In this document: positions 28,938 through 36,860 of the stretch, piece after piece
Layout: each line of letters begins with the position of its first letter
Numbering within the stretch: position 1 is the stretch's first letter
Origin: a virus
DNA length: 64,000 bases
Virus record (IMG/VR): IMGVR_UViG_3300042922_000250
Coordinates: 9,829-73,828 of that record
Strand: one strand, 5' to 3'
Notes under the pieces: model-generated
Database searches by the model: none
Seen by the model: the letters and a program-made list of their open reading frames with translations, nothing else
What the model was told of the DNA's origin: nothing
Made by a program: the position numbers and the translations under genes

Positions 28938-29375
28938 TTAATCATCAGATATAGTTACATTGATAGTCAAGTCAGAACCATCTTTGCCGGTGATTTCTGT
29001 TTCGTTTTTATCCTTCCAACCGTAATTGTTCTTTAGGTTGAACAAAACACCGTTAGGATTCTTGGCTGTCATGCTTAATTCCTCTGCATAATTATGGCAA
29101 ATACGCTTCGCGCGTGTAATCGCGTCGAAGAACTCAGCCCTACCTTGATAATTTAATAACCCTTCTCTATCCATATCTAATGCCAATCCTAGCCCCGTAA
29201 TAGTATATGGCCTAATCTGCACTCTCTCTACACCTATCACATCGCCGTTCTTATCAATAATAGGCTTATCAGTAAAGCATGATTCGAAATATCCATCTAT
29301 TAATTTTTGCATCTCGTCAACAGTCTTATATTTTAACGGTCTTCCACCTGCATGCTTCTGCTTTTCTTCGCTCAT
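28938..29375 (-). CDS. terS: Terminase small subunit (gp3-type DNA packaging protein)
   Basis: GRPLKYKT, PYTITGLGLAL, LFNLKNNYGWKDK. Confidence 0.85.
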   Translation of the reverse strand: MSEEKQKHAGGRPLKYKTVDEMQKLIDGYFESCFTDKPIIDKNGDVIGVERVQIRPYTITGLGLALDMDREGLLNYQGRAEFFDAITRAKRICHNYAEELSMTAKNPNGVLFNLKNNYGWKDKNETEITGKDGSDLTINVTISDD

Positions 29376-29906
29376 TCAATTCACGTCCTTTCTGCCATTA
29401 TATATCTTCCTATACAAATCAATTTTAGTGGCATATTCCTCTTTCGTTTCGCCTTCCGTCATCTTTCTGCATACCGATTGCTTTCCCTGTCCACTAAAAA
29501 TATAAGGAACAGGTTCATTAAAATCAATCTCGCTATTAGTTATATCATTATTACTAGCATTCGATTTCCCGTTATCGGAAAACCGCATAACGGTGATATT
29601 TACTGGCTTCGTAGGTTGTTCGTAAACATTATATAGATATCCAGCAAACTTTTTCTTGCTGTCTCTCTGCTTTGTTCTGGTGATATAACCTAGCTGTATT
29701 AATTCCTTAATCCCCGATCTAACGCTACACAGTTTATCAGCACTATTATTTGCTATGTCTAATTCGTAAACATTCCAATTATCCGGCTTACTTAATAGAT
29801 ATAGCATAATTCCTTTAGCCTTCCAGCTCAACCTGTTATCATTGACTAACTGCTTATCAATCTGTACAAACGGTAATTCCCTTTTATGAATATGAAACAC
29901 ACTCAC
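29376..29906 (-). CDS. Winged-HTH protein resembling the N-terminal domain of phage replication initiators
   Basis: FVQIDKQLVNDNRLSWKAKGIMLYLLSKPDNW...GIKELIQLGYI; no DnaD-type C-domain evident. Confidence 0.7.
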   Translation of the reverse strand: MSVFHIHKRELPFVQIDKQLVNDNRLSWKAKGIMLYLLSKPDNWNVYELDIANNSADKLCSVRSGIKELIQLGYITRTKQRDSKKKFAGYLYNVYEQPTKPVNITVMRFSDNGKSNASNNDITNSEIDFNEPVPYIFSGQGKQSVCRKMTEGETKEEYATKIDLYRKIYNGRKDVN

Positions 29907-29965
29907 AATTTTACCACCTCCAAAACACAACAAAAAATAATTTGAAAAAATATTAAAAAATCATA

Positions 29966-29994
29966 TTGACAACGCTATTTTGATTTGTTATGAT
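29966..29994 (+). promoter_or_regulatory. sigmaA promoter
   Basis: TTGACA, 17-bp spacer, TG-extended TATGAT. Confidence 0.7.
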
Positions 29995-30028
29995 TCAATC
30001 AAGATAAGCGACAGGGAGGACGAACACA

Positions 30029-30454
30029 ATGGCAAAACCGCAAACACTCAAACATAATTTAGGACACTACTGCAACAACCAGGATGATTTAATCGATGAA
30101 TTAGTGGATTTGCTTGGCGAAGACGGAAATTTTGCAATTGGTATTCGCGGCATGTATGAAACGGAAAAGAACAAACTTCGTCAATCATATGTATGGATAG
30201 ATGGCAATAAAACACGGCAAAAACTCCCGGGAACTAGCTGTTTAGGTATTGTGTCCAATTGGGGAGACGCAAACAATCAAGACCTAATTGACGGGTTAAA
30301 AAACATCGGTAAATCTGCAATGTATGGCGACGGACGCTTTGCAATTATAAAAGGACAATATGATGTCAATGTGCAGGATGATTGGGCAAACGACCCTGGA
30401 GAATATGTCTTATTAAACGCTGAAATAGTAGCATATACAAATCATGACAACTAA
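30029..30454 (+). CDS. Hypothetical accessory protein
   Basis: GGGAGG RBS and its own promoter. Confidence 0.7.
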   Translation: MAKPQTLKHNLGHYCNNQDDLIDELVDLLGEDGNFAIGIRGMYETEKNKLRQSYVWIDGNKTRQKLPGTSCLGIVSNWGDANNQDLIDGLKNIGKSAMYGDGRFAIIKGQYDVNVQDDWANDPGEYVLLNAEIVAYTNHDN

Positions 30455-30596
30455 AACACACGGCGGCTATCGACCAAACTCAGGCCGTAAAAAACAACTC
30501 CCAGAAGGTGCAAAAATCAAGTCAATCACAGTTACAGAAAATGAATTTGTTAAGCTAAAAGAATATCTGCAACAACTTAGAGAGACCGCTAAATAA
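30444..30596 (+). CDS. Small GGxRxxxGRK / RHH-like DNA-binding protein (50 aa)
   Basis: Manual translation MTTKTHGGYRPNSGRKKQLPEGAKIKSITVTENEFVKLKEYL; terminator overlaps the stop. Confidence 0.6.
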   Translation: MTTKTHGGYRPNSGRKKQLPEGAKIKSITVTENEFVKLKEYLQQLRETAK

Positions 30597-30931
30597 GCGG
30601 TCTTTTCTTTTTTTACCGCCTGGAATAAAGTCTGCAACCAAGCGGCAATATATCGACTGATAATACAGTCATTAGTGGTTCTCGCAGACATTACACCGCA
30701 TAAAACAAAAAGCCACATGCGCAATGCATATGGCTTAATTTTATTAATTCCCCGCCGTGGTGCGGATCAATGTCTGAACCGGCATATAATCCGTGGCGGG
30801 GCTACAATCAGCGGCAGAACTAAATATGTTGTCCTGGTTGCAACTCCGCTGATTGCCTTAAATGTCCTGTCCTGGTCAGCATTGTTAAGAGGATTGACAG
30901 GCTCTGTTTTTTTACTCTCATCATAATAATA

Positions 30932-31186
30932 TCATCTTTGCAATGGCTTGTCATTCGGCGAATCTGACAGGCTATTTTTCTTTTTCCAAACAATATCAAA
31001 TCCAGTTATATCCGCAATATCTTCTGCCTCTGATAGTCGCAATGTTTTATTGCGTATTTTATTGTTTAGATTTTGAACAGAATAAGGCCTTTTGTATTTA
31101 TCGCTCAATAACTGCGCTACTTCGGTTAACGACATACCTGCTGCCGTTATAATCGTCTTGACATTCATCCATACCACCTCAATCAT
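30932..31186 (-). CDS. HTH regulator
   Basis: MSLTEVAQLL...SVQNLNNKI...LRLSEAEDIADITG; divergent from the 31309 operon. Confidence 0.7.
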   Translation of the reverse strand: MIEVVWMNVKTIITAAGMSLTEVAQLLSDKYKRPYSVQNLNNKIRNKTLRLSEAEDIADITGFDIVWKKKNSLSDSPNDKPLQR

Positions 31187-31244
31187 ATTTTACATCATAT
31201 GGTTTATAATTGCAAAATAAATATAAATTAATTGATTTAAGTAG

Positions 31245-31273
31245 TTGACATCTTAAATTATATAGTTTAAGAT
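31245..31273 (+). promoter_or_regulatory. sigmaA promoter
   Basis: TTGACA, 17-bp spacer, TAAGAT. Confidence 0.6.
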
Positions 31274-31308
31274 AAAGACAGGATAATCAATCAGGGAGGT
31301 AATCAGGG

Positions 31309-31713
31309 ATGGCGAAGACGGCAATGAGAAAGCTGGAAGAGTCCAGTTGGTTAGCGCAAATTCTACTAGATAAAATGGATGTCGAACTCGATAAAAACGG
31401 TGGTTCACCTCGCTGGCATTGCCTACACACGCTATACATTATCGTAAAAGAAGCTGACGACATGGAAAACAACCAAATATACTACGATACTTATAACGGC
31501 AAAAGATCTATCACGATATGCAAGATACCATCTCTAATGAAGCACGGAACCAACTACGATACTTACGGCATGCAATGCAAACTAAGAGGACTTGCTGAAA
31601 GATATAAAGATGACGAAGGGCATTACCTTGTAAGCGTCCTTACCACTAACGACCTGAACAGTGCCACCATAAAAGACGTATCAGAACTGGTATTTCAACT
31701 CGGAACCCATTAA
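31309..31713 (+). CDS. Hypothetical accessory protein
   Basis: GGGAGG RBS. Confidence 0.6.
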   Translation: MAKTAMRKLEESSWLAQILLDKMDVELDKNGGSPRWHCLHTLYIIVKEADDMENNQIYYDTYNGKRSITICKIPSLMKHGTNYDTYGMQCKLRGLAERYKDDEGHYLVSVLTTNDLNSATIKDVSELVFQLGTH

Positions 31714-31750
31714 TCGCACGAGAGCCAGTAAATATAAGGAGGCAGTAAGG

Positions 31751-31912
31751 ATGATTATTTTCAAAGAGAACAAAGAAACAGGCTTCTCTTGTGGAGCCAA
31801 TGATTATGGCGAATTATTCTTAGGCAACGATAATGGCGGCTACAACCTGCCCGATACAGAGGAAAATAGGGACTATGTAAAAGCTGATTTTGACTATTAC
31901 AATAAAAAGTAG
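31751..31912 (+). CDS. Small hypothetical protein (53 aa)
   Basis: Manual translation MIIFKENKETGFSCGANDYGELFLG...; AAGGAGG RBS. Confidence 0.6.
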   Translation: MIIFKENKETGFSCGANDYGELFLGNDNGGYNLPDTEENRDYVKADFDYYNKK

Positions 31913-31967
31913 CGCAGACTAACGGCCTCCGGGCCGGTAATGCGGCAAGCGGGGTCGGAAGCCCACC
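31913..31967 (+). ncRNA. Twister ribozyme-like motif (permuted, P5 type)
   Basis: CGCA-GACTA-A-CGGCC(TCCG)GGCCG-G-TAA-TGCG-GC...GGTCGGAAGCCC; P4 imperfect. Confidence 0.55.
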
Positions 31968-31987
31968 ACAGAAAGGAGATAACGAGA

Positions 31988-32221
31988 ATGACATACTTAG
32001 AAAGCAAACTAATAATCGGGATAAATGAACTATACTGCCCAGGCAAAGGCTGGATACCAGCTAGTCAATATCAACCATCAATACATGGAATCCCTAGTGC
32101 CGCTAACGTTAAGTGTGTAGACCATGAAGGCCGCATTCACCTGCAAGCAGATTTGACCGAAGAGGAATATAAAAGCTTCCTGGCATTTCCCGCAAGTGAA
32201 GGTGATAGCGCCCCGGCCTAG
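31988..32221 (+). CDS. Small hypothetical protein
   Basis: AAAGGAG RBS before MTYLESK. Confidence 0.6.
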   Translation: MTYLESKLIIGINELYCPGKGWIPASQYQPSIHGIPSAANVKCVDHEGRIHLQADLTEEEYKSFLAFPASEGDSAPA

Positions 32222-32229
32222 CCGGGATA

Positions 32230-32469
32230 ATGCTACCAATGAAAGGACGGATAAAAATGGCAATGAAGTTTTTAGATGCTATCCATATCGATAATTTTGA
32301 GGGCGAAATTCCTATTGCTGATTGGGCGCAAATGAACAAACTCAGCAATGAGCAAAATGGAGAATATAAGTATCTCGGCAATAGCTTCGGCGATAACAGG
32401 AGCGTATATGCTGTATTTGTAAACTACACAGCCGACATAAAACGCGTAGCCGTAATGATTCGAAAATAA
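32230..32469 (+). CDS. Small hypothetical protein
   Basis: Last gene of the operon, before a terminator. Confidence 0.55.
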   Translation: MLPMKGRIKMAMKFLDAIHIDNFEGEIPIADWAQMNKLSNEQNGEYKYLGNSFGDNRSVYAVFVNYTADIKRVAVMIRK

Positions 32470-32508
32470 CCCCGCCTGACGATGGCCTGCAGGGGACAGC
32501 GCAAAAAG

Positions 32509-32533
32509 ATAGCCGCCCAGTGAGGCGGCTTTT
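32509..32533. terminator. Terminator between convergent operons
   Basis: AGCCGCC-cagtga-GGCGGCT followed by TTT. Confidence 0.6.
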
Positions 32534-32540
32534 CTCATGT

Positions 32541-33578
32541 TCATTTCGTTATTTTACCTAGCATTCTCGCGTTGTTGCGCTGATTACAAACCTCGCAAAG
32601 AGTTAACTGTTTGCCTTTTTTATTAGTCATTGCTGGACGCGCTTTGCACCAAGTACAAACACCGGACTGTTTCAGCCGCTCATATTCAGCATTTTGCTTG
32701 TGGCGTATTTTGGCGTTGCAAGCTTGGCAGCGCGTGGCGTGTTTGCCATCAGGCTTTATTTCTGTCGGTTTTCCGCACGCTATGCAACGGCCTTCCTTTT
32801 TTATAGCAGCATTAGCTACCCTTTGCCGCTCCTTACACGTCTCGCAGAGGGCACTGCCATCGGTCGTGATTGGTCCGCTACATTTTATACATATACCAAG
32901 TGCCTTGTAGCGATCAGCAGAGGCAATGGATGCTTTGCGGACAGCCTCATGCCAGCACTCAGGCGAGCAGTATTTCGGCCTGTTTGCCGGTAGTGGTTGG
33001 CCGCAAATCTCGCAACAGGAATCATTGGCGGGTGCCATTGTCGGCGAGCAATGGCTACAGTATTTTTGGTTTCGCTCCCGAACAACAAACTGGTTCCCGC
33101 ACTTCGGACAGGTATCCGCTCTGCCTAACGGTTTAAGTTTTACGCCGTACCGCTTGCGGCGCTTGTCCTTAATATTGGCAAGGTGGCGCTCGTAACTTGC
33201 CCGCAAAATCTCAGCCGTGCGGCTTTTATTCCTTACCGCCCACTGTCGAGAGCGCTGCAGGTACTGCTTACGCTTGTCCGGATCTCCGTAGTACTCTTTT
33301 AGCCAGGATTCATGCCTGCGCCGCTTAGAATCTGCAGCAGCACAGGACGCACAGTGTTTCTGGTTGCCGCCTTTGACCTCGTAAGACTGACCGCAAATAT
33401 CGCAATAAGCAGTAGAACCGATTTTGCGCAACGTTCCGGCAAGCTTGCGCTGATGCTTCTCACGATCGCGCTGGCGGATTCGCTCAGTTCGACACTCAGT
33501 GCAGTATTTTGCTGTTGGACCGCCGGAAAAACACGCGCCGCAGGTGACGCAGGTTTTTGGTGTGATGTGTGGGTTCAT
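32541..33578 (-). CDS. Multi zinc-ribbon (poly-CxxC) basic protein
   Basis: More than a dozen CxxC/CSxxC pairs separated by Arg/Lys-rich helices. Confidence 0.7.
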   Translation of the reverse strand: MNPHITPKTCVTCGACFSGGPTAKYCTECRTERIRQRDREKHQRKLAGTLRKIGSTAYCDICGQSYEVKGGNQKHCASCAAADSKRRRHESWLKEYYGDPDKRKQYLQRSRQWAVRNKSRTAEILRASYERHLANIKDKRRKRYGVKLKPLGRADTCPKCGNQFVVRERNQKYCSHCSPTMAPANDSCCEICGQPLPANRPKYCSPECWHEAVRKASIASADRYKALGICIKCSGPITTDGSALCETCKERQRVANAAIKKEGRCIACGKPTEIKPDGKHATRCQACNAKIRHKQNAEYERLKQSGVCTWCKARPAMTNKKGKQLTLCEVCNQRNNARMLGKITK

Positions 33579-33892
33579 TTGCCGCGAACCTCATCGGCAT
33601 ATTTTAGGATTGATTCCCATTCGGCGTCAGTAGCCTGTAAAAAGCGTTTCTTTCTGCCGGTTACGGGACGACCTGCACCGGGACGTTTGCCGCCCTGTGT
33701 AGGCAAGCCAAGCTCTTTCTTGATCGCGGTCTGATCAAGACTAGATATTGCACCCGCATTGCCACGAACATAGATTCCTGTGGACATTAAAATCAGTGCG
33801 CTGCCATCAACTACTCCGATTGCTTCTGCATCCTGAGGGAGCGGAATTGCTCCCCAATATAGTTTCCAGTTGCCGTTTTGATCGATATTCAT
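33575..33892 (-). CDS. Hypothetical protein with C-terminal GGKRPGAGR / RHH-like DNA-binding region
   Basis: QGGKRPGAGRPVTGRKKR...TDAEWESIL. Confidence 0.6.
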   Translation of the reverse strand: MNIDQNGNWKLYWGAIPLPQDAEAIGVVDGSALILMSTGIYVRGNAGAISSLDQTAIKKELGLPTQGGKRPGAGRPVTGRKKRFLQATDAEWESILKYADEVRGK

Positions 33893-33895
33893 TAT

Positions 33896-34219
33896 TTAAT
33901 CCTCCGTAAAATTTAATACTGTTGCTCTATGGCTATCGTCGCATATTTCGCTAATTGGGTAATCTTCTTCTCCGTCATAACCTTCGATAGTTGAGCACAT
34001 TTCGTCGCTATAATCGATTTCGTTTATTTCTGGCACTAATCCTAACTCTAAGCAAGCGCGTAAGCGGTGACAACCTTCAAGTGCTACCCAGTGACCGTAG
34101 CATTCCATCCATACTGCGTTAATTGTAGGAGTTCCGAGAGTTAACATTTCATTTTTAACAGCTTCTAATTTTTCAACGTCGTAAGCCTTAGTAACTAATG
34201 CGACTCTCATGTTCAGCAC
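33896..34219 (-). CDS. Minimal ParB/Srx-like domain protein
   Basis: PTI.AV...ALEGCHRLRA motif. Confidence 0.6.
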   Translation of the reverse strand: MLNMRVALVTKAYDVEKLEAVKNEMLTLGTPTINAVWMECYGHWVALEGCHRLRACLELGLVPEINEIDYSDEMCSTIEGYDGEEDYPISEICDDSHRATVLNFTED

Positions 34220-34243
34220 CGCCCTTGTTTTATCTTATGATTC

Positions 34244-34273
34244 ATTATACCATTAATCAAATATGATTGTCAA
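34244..34273 (-). promoter_or_regulatory. Strong sigmaA promoter
   Basis: TTGACA, 18-bp spacer, TG-extended TATAAT. Confidence 0.75.
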
Positions 34274-34307
34274 TACTATTAATCAAAATAACTGCGATTA
34301 TTTAAAA

Positions 34308-34372
34308 TAAAAAAAGCCCCAGCCGAAGCCGGGGCAAAAAAGAGCCGCTCACCCTCTGCGGGCGGCTCTTTA
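34308..34372 (-). terminator. Tandem intrinsic terminators
   Basis: GCCCC.GC-cgaa-GC.GGGGC and AAGAGCCGC...GCGGCTCTT, each next to an A-run. Confidence 0.7.
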
Positions 34373-34375
34373 GCA

Positions 34376-35005
34376 TTATTTAAGCTTGATCAGTTCTTCC
34401 TTCGTGATTTTTAATTCATTCAATATTTTCGGCAAGTAATCATTCATTATTTCTCCGGACTTTGCGATGGCATCTTCATGTCTCCGACAAAAATCTGTAA
34501 ACACCCCTTGATAGTCTTTGCTGTTCTCTATGCCAGCTCCTCTCATACGCACAAGAAGCCCATCAATATTAAGAATTTCTCGACTTTCATTTGAGTATGC
34601 TCTTACTGTATCGAAAAATACCTTTGTCTCAATATAGGCATTTACTACTTTTGCGGATATATCTTTGGGCAACATGCCAATTTTGCTGGCATTCTCTGAA
34701 AAAACCGTAAAGTAGTCTTCTGCAATGTGATAATTAACAAGCTCGCCGCCACTCGCTACATATTGCTCCTTATGCCTTTCAATTATATTGTGAAGAGCAC
34801 TAATCTCTGCAATAAGCGATGCTACAAAATTGGATTTACTTCTTTTGGAATCCTGAGACTTGAAATAGTGATTTGCCGATAATGTAACTCCGGTTGCAAT
34901 AAGAGCGCCAAGAAGAGGGCCGGCGAATGGTTGCTCGCTCCAACACCATATTATTATCGAACCTAATACAACGGATATTATAAGAAATAATAATGAAATA
35001 ATCAT
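34376..35005 (-). CDS. Membrane-anchored moron protein (two N-terminal TM segments)
   Basis: AT-rich; follows the lysis terminator. Confidence 0.65.
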   Translation of the reverse strand: MIISLLFLIISVVLGSIIIWCWSEQPFAGPLLGALIATGVTLSANHYFKSQDSKRSKSNFVASLIAEISALHNIIERHKEQYVASGGELVNYHIAEDYFTVFSENASKIGMLPKDISAKVVNAYIETKVFFDTVRAYSNESREILNIDGLLVRMRGAGIENSKDYQGVFTDFCRRHEDAIAKSGEIMNDYLPKILNELKITKEELIKLK

Positions 35006-35073
35006 CTAAATCCCCCCTCAATATTTCTAAAATATGTTCTTCTAGCTAACACCGTATATTTTCCTGCAACAAC

Positions 35074-35101
35074 AAAAAAAGCCCCGCATTTCTGCGAGGC
35101 T
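35074..35101 (-). terminator. Terminator ending the myovirus late operon
   Basis: GCC.CGCA-tttc-TGCG.GGC with a T7 run on the minus strand. Confidence 0.7.
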
Positions 35102-35110
35102 AAAACCATA

Positions 35111-35539
35111 CTATTTTAACGCCAGGTACCCAACTGCCAACAGCAGTAGATTGCGCTCGAACTTAAGGCGGTTGCGTTCGGCCTTCATCTCTCGCTCGTA
35201 CTGTTTTAATGATTGATTGGCATTCTCTAAGTAGCTCTGCGCTGTCAGCAGATTGGATTTGGCTTCCTGAGATTCGCGTTTCAGCGTCAGCAATTGCGCC
35301 TGCAACGTCGCCAAGTCCTTCTGATATTCGGCCAGATTCAGCCGCGCCTGTGTTAAGTCCGTTTTCGACTGCGTCAAGTCGGCCAGCAGCCTGTTGTTGT
35401 TGATCTCCAACTGCTGAAAGATTTGCTCGAGTCGCGTCAGCTCCTGGTCCGTGATCTCGGCTGCCATACCAATAGAGGGCACCAAGAGCAAGCAGAGCAG
35501 CAAGAGCGACATACAAATATTTTTTATTTGTCGTGTCAA
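35111..35539 (-). CDS. Signal-peptide coiled-coil protein with hydrophobic C-terminus (putative o-spanin analogue)
   Basis: TTG 35539; ...VPSIGMA-AEITDQELTRLEQIF...NLLLLAVGYLALK; paralog of 9212. Confidence 0.65.
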   Translation of the reverse strand: MTRQIKNICMSLLLLCLLLVPSIGMAAEITDQELTRLEQIFQQLEINNNRLLADLTQSKTDLTQARLNLAEYQKDLATLQAQLLTLKRESQEAKSNLLTAQSYLENANQSLKQYEREMKAERNRLKFERNLLLLAVGYLALK

Positions 35540-35540
35540 T
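35163..35540 (-). CDS. Overlapping alternate-frame TM plus coiled-coil protein (putative i-spanin)
   Basis: KKYLYVALAALLALGALYWYGSRD...; ATT 35540 or TTG 35555 start. Confidence 0.6.
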   Translation of the reverse strand: MDTTNKKYLYVALAALLALGALYWYGSRDHGPGADATRANLSAVGDQQQQAAGRLDAVENGLNTGAAESGRISEGLGDVAGAIADAETRISGSQIQSADSAELLRECQSIIKTVRARDEGRTQPP

Positions 35541-35692
35541 GAGGATCGCCCCCAAACAGTTTTACCCAAAGCCGCTTTGCTCCCTGCCAGAGCCATACAA
35601 ACGGCAATTTAATGAGCCACCAGACAAACATAGCCAACATTATGGGGATGTCCTGTTTCGTGAAAAACGGATTGCTCATACTACTTCCCTCC

Positions 35693-36301
35693 TTATAATC
35701 TTGCCAATGCATCGGCGTATTCAGATTCAAACCGACTATACAGCCCATCTCTGAGCGCCGGGCTGCCGTTTGTCCATTCTGGGGTGCGACACACGTCCAG
35801 ATAAATTATCCGGATCATGTCCGCATCGAAACTGGGCGCATCCACGTATGACAGGTTAGGATAACCCAGTACCAGGCAAGCCGTTTCAAACATTTCAACA
35901 ATGTACGAGCCATACTGCACAGCGCGACTCCATATCACATCTGCCATAACAGGATGATGATTTTCGACATTAAATCCCTCGACGCGCAGAGCCTCGACCG
36001 CGGTATCGTAGTAAGCATATTTAATGTAGTCATGCTGCAGATCGCCAAACTCTGTAATGTTAGCCGCGCAGTATTTCCACGCTGCCGAGAACTCACGACT
36101 TCCGGGCTCATGCTGCCCAAGGATGTTGCCGGCAGGGTTATTCTGGTTGCGCAGCCACCGAACAAAACTGGCCGCGCTGCCTGCCGCGCTGGACAGTTGA
36201 TATGTACCGTAACTCACGCCGCCAGCGTCGCCGTAGCCGGTCGAGACTGTGCCGGGATCGCCGTTGGATTCGTATTTTGCGGAGAGTTCACCTAACCTCA
36301 T
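35693..36301 (-). CDS. Endolysin, lysozyme-fold muramidase (VgrG3 C-terminal-like)
   Basis: LGELSAKYES, GTVSTG.GD.GGVSYGTYQL, WSRAVQYG, SRFESE; follows the holin. Confidence 0.75.
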   Translation of the reverse strand: MRLGELSAKYESNGDPGTVSTGYGDAGGVSYGTYQLSSAAGSAASFVRWLRNQNNPAGNILGQHEPGSREFSAAWKYCAANITEFGDLQHDYIKYAYYDTAVEALRVEGFNVENHHPVMADVIWSRAVQYGSYIVEMFETACLVLGYPNLSYVDAPSFDADMIRIIYLDVCRTPEWTNGSPALRDGLYSRFESEYADALARL

Positions 36302-36638
36302 TATTCTCATCCTCCTGATGTAAGTCGGGCGTATTAGTTGCCGCTTGAACCTTCCGGATAAACGCCACTTCCGCATCAATCAGCCATCCGACCAGCACCT
36401 TCGGGATCATGATCCGGCGCCAGCCTAAAATATCCATGACTGCCTGCACAGCCGCAGCTCGCTTTTCCCGGTTCTGCATTTGGTCAGCATGCCGATCCAA
36501 CTCGTAGATGATTTTCTGCAGGGCAATTTTCGCACCGCCGACCGGCAACCCCCGATACAACAAATGGACAACCAGTACCAATAAAAGGACCGCCAGCAAT
36601 GCGCCAGCGGCCAAGTAAGCGATTTGTAGTTCGGTCAA
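36288..36638 (-). CDS. Putative holin
   Basis: Paralog of 10316 (YRGLP...ALQKIIYELDR.AD.M.N). Confidence 0.65.
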   Translation of the reverse strand: MTELQIAYLAAGALLAVLLLVLVVHLLYRGLPVGGAKIALQKIIYELDRHADQMQNREKRAAAVQAVMDILGWRRIMIPKVLVGWLIDAEVAFIRKVQAATNTPDLHQEDENNEVR

Positions 36639-36653
36639 ATTAACGCCCTCCTT

Positions 36654-36830
36654 TTAATGTCCTCTAAAATACCCTCCGACAGCTATTGCTGTAGTGATTA
36701 TCCATGCGACAATTCCTGTGTAGTTTTTACTTGCCTTTTCCTGCTCCTCAAGTATGGTTTCCACCCTGGCCATGCGGTCTCTAAGATCATCAATTTTATC
36801 AAACAGCCGCTGGATTACATCGTCTGACAC
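36654..36830 (-). CDS. XhlA-like small membrane protein (58 aa)
   Basis: Manual translation MSDDVIQRLFDKIDDLRDRMARVETIL...GIVAWIITTAIAVGGYF. Confidence 0.55.
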   Translation of the reverse strand: MSDDVIQRLFDKIDDLRDRMARVETILEEQEKASKNYTGIVAWIITTAIAVGGYFRGH

Positions 36831-36860
36831 GCATCCACCACCCCCAATAAAAATAGCGCC

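Noticed and set aside
32471-32510. CTGACGATGGCC resembling a hammerhead ribozyme core
   Set aside because: No complementary stem II or GAAA follows; at most a remnant.
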